Shown here: piece by piece, positions 38,964 to 42,351 of the stretch | How positions within the stretch are numbered: position 1 is the first letter of the stretch | Layout of the letters: each line of letters starts with the position of its first letter | From: Octopus bimaculoides | Lineage: Eukaryota | Direction: 5' to 3' | Length of the DNA stretch: 42,351 nt | NCBI RefSeq assembly: GCF_001194135.2 | Contig: NC_068991.1 | Span: forward strand, 58,355,147-58,397,497 | Notes under the pieces: model-generated | Told to the model about the DNA's origin: nothing | Database searches by the model: none | Seen by the model: only the letters and a program-made list of their open reading frames with translations | Made by a program: the position numbers and the translations under genes

Positions 38964-39025
38964 CCCCAGATCTGTCCCGATGGATTGATATATGTTGAAA
39001 CACGCCTTGGAGATAATATTGGCCA
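38964..39025 (+). CDS. Candidate exon 3 (PQICPDGLIYVETRLGDNIGx)
   Basis: CTTTCTTGCGTAG acceptor (alternative AG 6 nt downstream, same frame), strong GTAAGT donor, only one of three frames open, phase 0 to 2. Confidence 0.5.
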
Positions 39026-39654
39026 GTAAGTTCTGATATATTTAAAATCCTTGAAAAGCGGCGAATTGGCAGAATCGTTAGCGCATCGGACAAAATGCAT
39101 CACAGCATTTCTTCTGCGTCTTTACACTTTGAGTTTAAACTACGCCGCGAAGCTTGATTTTTTGCCTTCAGCCTTTCGGGATTGATAAAATCAAGGTACA
39201 AGTCAAGCTCTGGAGTTCATGTAATCCACTGTAGCCCCACTCATAACTTCTGGCCTGGTGCTAAATTTAACAAATAAAGAATATTTAAAACCCTTGCGTG
39301 TGATGCAAGGGAAATTTAGCTGATATTTCTTGTAGCTTGAGACACCATGCGCGCAAAAGGAAAAAAAAAGTCTCCCTTGCTCGAAGATAAGCCATGTAAC
39401 TCGCATGAGACACGACAATATAAGAATTCCTCACCAATAATAAATTAATAAACAAACAAACAAACAATATCATCAGTCTATTGCAATTTCAAGTTATTTT
39501 TTCTTTCGAAAATTATTTTACATTGTGTTCAATATATTTGCATGATTAATTCGCTTTGTGAATAATATAGTGACACGTGTTGACGAACGGCGTCATACAT
39601 TCCTCGTATCTCTATTCTTTTTTTTTCATTTTTGTTAAACATTAAATCAGGTCT

Positions 39655-39732
39655 CTCTCTTCCGTTTTCCCTTTTCCTCTTCTGTCTCCACCACTCTTAA
39701 TCTCTTCCTTTTTAACTACTCTCGCTCTCTCA

Positions 39733-39764
<32 letters not shown>

Positions 39765-39766
39765 TC

Positions 39767-39844
<78 letters not shown>

Positions 39845-39850
39845 ACTCAC
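39655..39850. repeat. (CT)n polypyrimidine tract
   Basis: Directly visible. Confidence 0.95.
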
Positions 39851-40208
39851 TTTATCCCTCCTTCTACACGAAACACACACTACATGTCAATAATATTTCT
39901 TTCTCTCCCGCCTCATGTTTTCACACGAATTTTTTTTTTCCTCTTCTTCAATATTTTCCCAACAGACATTTTCACTGACAAAATATATCAGTATTGCATT
40001 CTCCTTCATGTTTTATTTCAATGCTCACTTCTTTCGCTGACATGCATTTCTCATTCACTGTTTCCTACTCCCATTCCTCCTCCTCCTCGCCATCGTCATC
40101 CTACTTTATTTTCACTTTCTATTACATAATACCATTTCTACTGTCTCCGTTTCAGTTGCTTTTTAACTTTACTTTTCCTTTAAAGTTATAGGCTCTTCAT
40201 CACATTTA

Positions 40209-40335
40209 TGCTTCTTCTTCTTCTTCTTCTTCTTCTTCTTCTTCTTCTTCTTCTTCTTCTTCTTCTTCTTCTTCTTCTTCTTCTTTTCTACTACTACTAC
40301 TACTACTACTACCACTACTACTACTACTACTACTT
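40209..40335. repeat. (CTT)n-(CTA)n compound microsatellite
   Basis: Directly visible. Confidence 0.95.
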
Positions 40336-40920
40336 CGTATTTTTCTTCATCTACTTCTTCATTTTACTATTCGTCTTCTCCTCCTCCTTCATCAACCGCT
40401 TTTTTGCCCTCCTCTTCTTCGTGATATTTACGTTCTTACCGACACCTAAACCATTTTCTTATGAATATCAGTGCCTTCCTTACGAGAGCAAACCAGCCAA
40501 AACAAAAAGACAAAAAAACATGTATATATATAGAAGGATAAAAGCAATATGTCTGTTACTGGTTTGAAAATTATCTCTACAATACTTACAACCACCATTT
40601 TGTTTCACAGAAAACATCAACGCATTTCTTTATATTCTTTCAAATATATCGCTTGCTGCCAAGTTTTCTCCGTAGAATACATTATAGAATTTACGTTCAG
40701 CTATCTTAGATATCGTGAGAGTCTTCTTTGTATTACATATTCTTTGGTTCTACAGTATAAGTACATAATACTTCTGTTGGCCAAACGGAGTTTGGTCCTC
40801 ATCAGGAAACTCAACTATCAAGACCGTTTACCTCTATGTTCATACAATTGTCAGTCTGGTGTAGATTAGTTTATATCATCCATCGAACAATTTTCTAGGG
40901 CACTGAAAATTTTATTTCAT

Positions 40921-41125
40921 TTGTGTTTCTTTTATTTCTTTCAATCATTGGACAACGACCATGCTGGTGCACCGCCTTGAACGTTTTACTCGAAAATATC
41001 GACTAGTACATATTCCCTTTCTTTTGGTTTGGTGCCTATTCGGTTGGTTTCTCTTATTGCAAAAGTACTAACTAATCGGGACGTAAACGAACCCACAACG
41101 GTCCGCAGACGATAGGCGTCAGATA
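40921..41125 (-). mobile_element. Diverged SINE family B 3' half
   Basis: TTTCAATCATTGGACAACGACCATGCTGGTGCACCGCCTTGAA...GGGACGTAAAC. Confidence 0.7.
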
Positions 41126-41497
41126 CAAGAACCAAAAGACACGCAAGCTTGTATATTTTTATATATATATGTATGCATCTATCTAAGTGTATTTATAAAG
41201 CAGTGTTGCGTTATCGACCGGATGGTCAGATATTGATACACATCGCTGGCCATAATGCGCTTCGCATTCTTTTAGTATTTCAATGACGCCACCCTGCTGC
41301 CTCGGAGACACCCTAATTGGAAGGCTAGACCTTTGCAGCTGAGTGAATAGGAAGAACGTTCGAACGTGGCTAGTGGTTAGGTTGCTGTAGATGAACATGC
41401 ATACACATGTATACACATACGCATGTATACATACATACATACTTACATACATGTATGATATATATATATAATGTGTATATATATATATATATATATA

Positions 41498-41574
<77 letters not shown>

Positions 41575-41601
41575 AGATAGTAAATATGAAATGTAAATAA
41601 A

Positions 41602-41878
41602 TAACAAGGTTGTCCAAGTATCAGTACATTAGGGCCGTTTTGAGCGGCTCTATTTAATTGATGAATGAAAATGTTACACCAAGTAGAGAGAAAGCGCTCC
41701 CCTCAGACGTGGATAACCATATAAATTTCCAACATAAAGGGTAAACCATTTTTATCAAATTTATATCAATACCAGAAACCAAAACAATTAGATTCTTTCG
41801 TTATAATGTTTTCACTGATAGATTAAGGGGAGTCGCTCGAAACGGCCGTAGTGTACTGATACCTTGACATTCATGTTA
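41602..41878. mobile_element. TA-flanked MITE (Tc1/mariner-like) with ~40-49 bp terminal inverted repeats
   Basis: TGTCCAAGTATCAGTACATTAGGGCCGTTTTGAGCGGCTC (41611-41650) versus GAGTCGCTCGAAACGGCCGTAGTGTACTGATACCTTGACA (41830-41869), 34/40 complementary, extending to TAACA...TGTTA; non-coding interior. Confidence 0.75.
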
Positions 41879-42002
41879 CCTTTTTACATTCTGTTCACCT
41901 AACTTGGAACTGTGTAGGGACTATACTGAACTGGCTTCGTGCCTCAAATTAAGTTCCCAATTCAACTGAATCTTAATCATATTATATTTATATATATATA
42001 TA

Positions 42003-42175
42003 TCCCTACTTTTTACTGTTTCAATCATTAAACAGCGGTCATGCTGTGGTACCGTCTTGAAGGTACGGGAATATAAATACACCAACACCGGTTATACCAC
42101 TAAGGTACGGGAATGTAAATACACCAACACCGGTTGTCAAGCAGTGATAGCGACAAAGACACACACACACATACA
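42003..42175 (-). mobile_element. SINE family B 3' fragment with an internal 34-bp tandem duplication
   Basis: TGTTTCAATCATTAAACAGCGGTCATGCTG...; AAGGTACGGGAAT(A/G)TAAATACACCAACACCGGTT at 42060-42093 and 42102-42135. Confidence 0.75.
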
Positions 42176-42244
42176 CACTCGCACACACACACATGCATAT
42201 ATATATATGTAAAGTAAATACTATATCATATATATAGTAAGTTA

Positions 42245-42320
42245 TTCTCTTACTTTTTTCAGTCATTTGACTGCGGCCATGCTGGAGCACCCCCTTTAGT
42301 GGAACAAATGGCCCCCAGAC

Positions 42321-42325
<5 letters not shown>
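42245..42325 (-). mobile_element. SINE family B 3' terminal fragment
   Basis: TTTCAGTCATTTGACTGCGGCCATGCTGGAGCACC...TTTAGT. Confidence 0.8.

Positions 42326-42351
<26 letters not shown>

Noticed and set aside
1-42351. CRISPR arrays, rRNA, bona fide tRNA genes, prokaryotic operons
   Set aside because: None seen. The tRNA-like A/B boxes belong to SINE heads, and the tandem repeats lack unique spacers.

Overview
42 kb of AT-rich, microsatellite-saturated eukaryotic DNA from a gapped short-read assembly; most of the large N gaps abut (TA)n. The SINE, RTE and mariner families and the compound simple repeats look like an Octopus (coleoid cephalopod) genome. That assignment comes from my recall of repeat types and is not checked. 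No long real ORF is present, and almost all ORFs in the supplied track are microsatellite or gap artefacts. Supported content: two decayed mariner (DD34D) transposons, one TA-flanked MITE, more than ten tRNA-derived SINE copies of two families, and two 5'-truncated RTE-type LINE 3' ends, one encoding three decayed C2H2 zinc fingers. Three small phase-compatible + strand exons may belong to an unidentified long-intron gene. The most notable signal is a set of Penelope-type minimal hammerhead ribozyme motifs (9525, 28248, plus decayed copies). One sits at the centre of a TSD-flanked foldback insertion. Two more long foldback elements (15.3 kb, 19.4 kb) and an inverted SINE pair add to several long dsRNA-forming structures, probably intronic.
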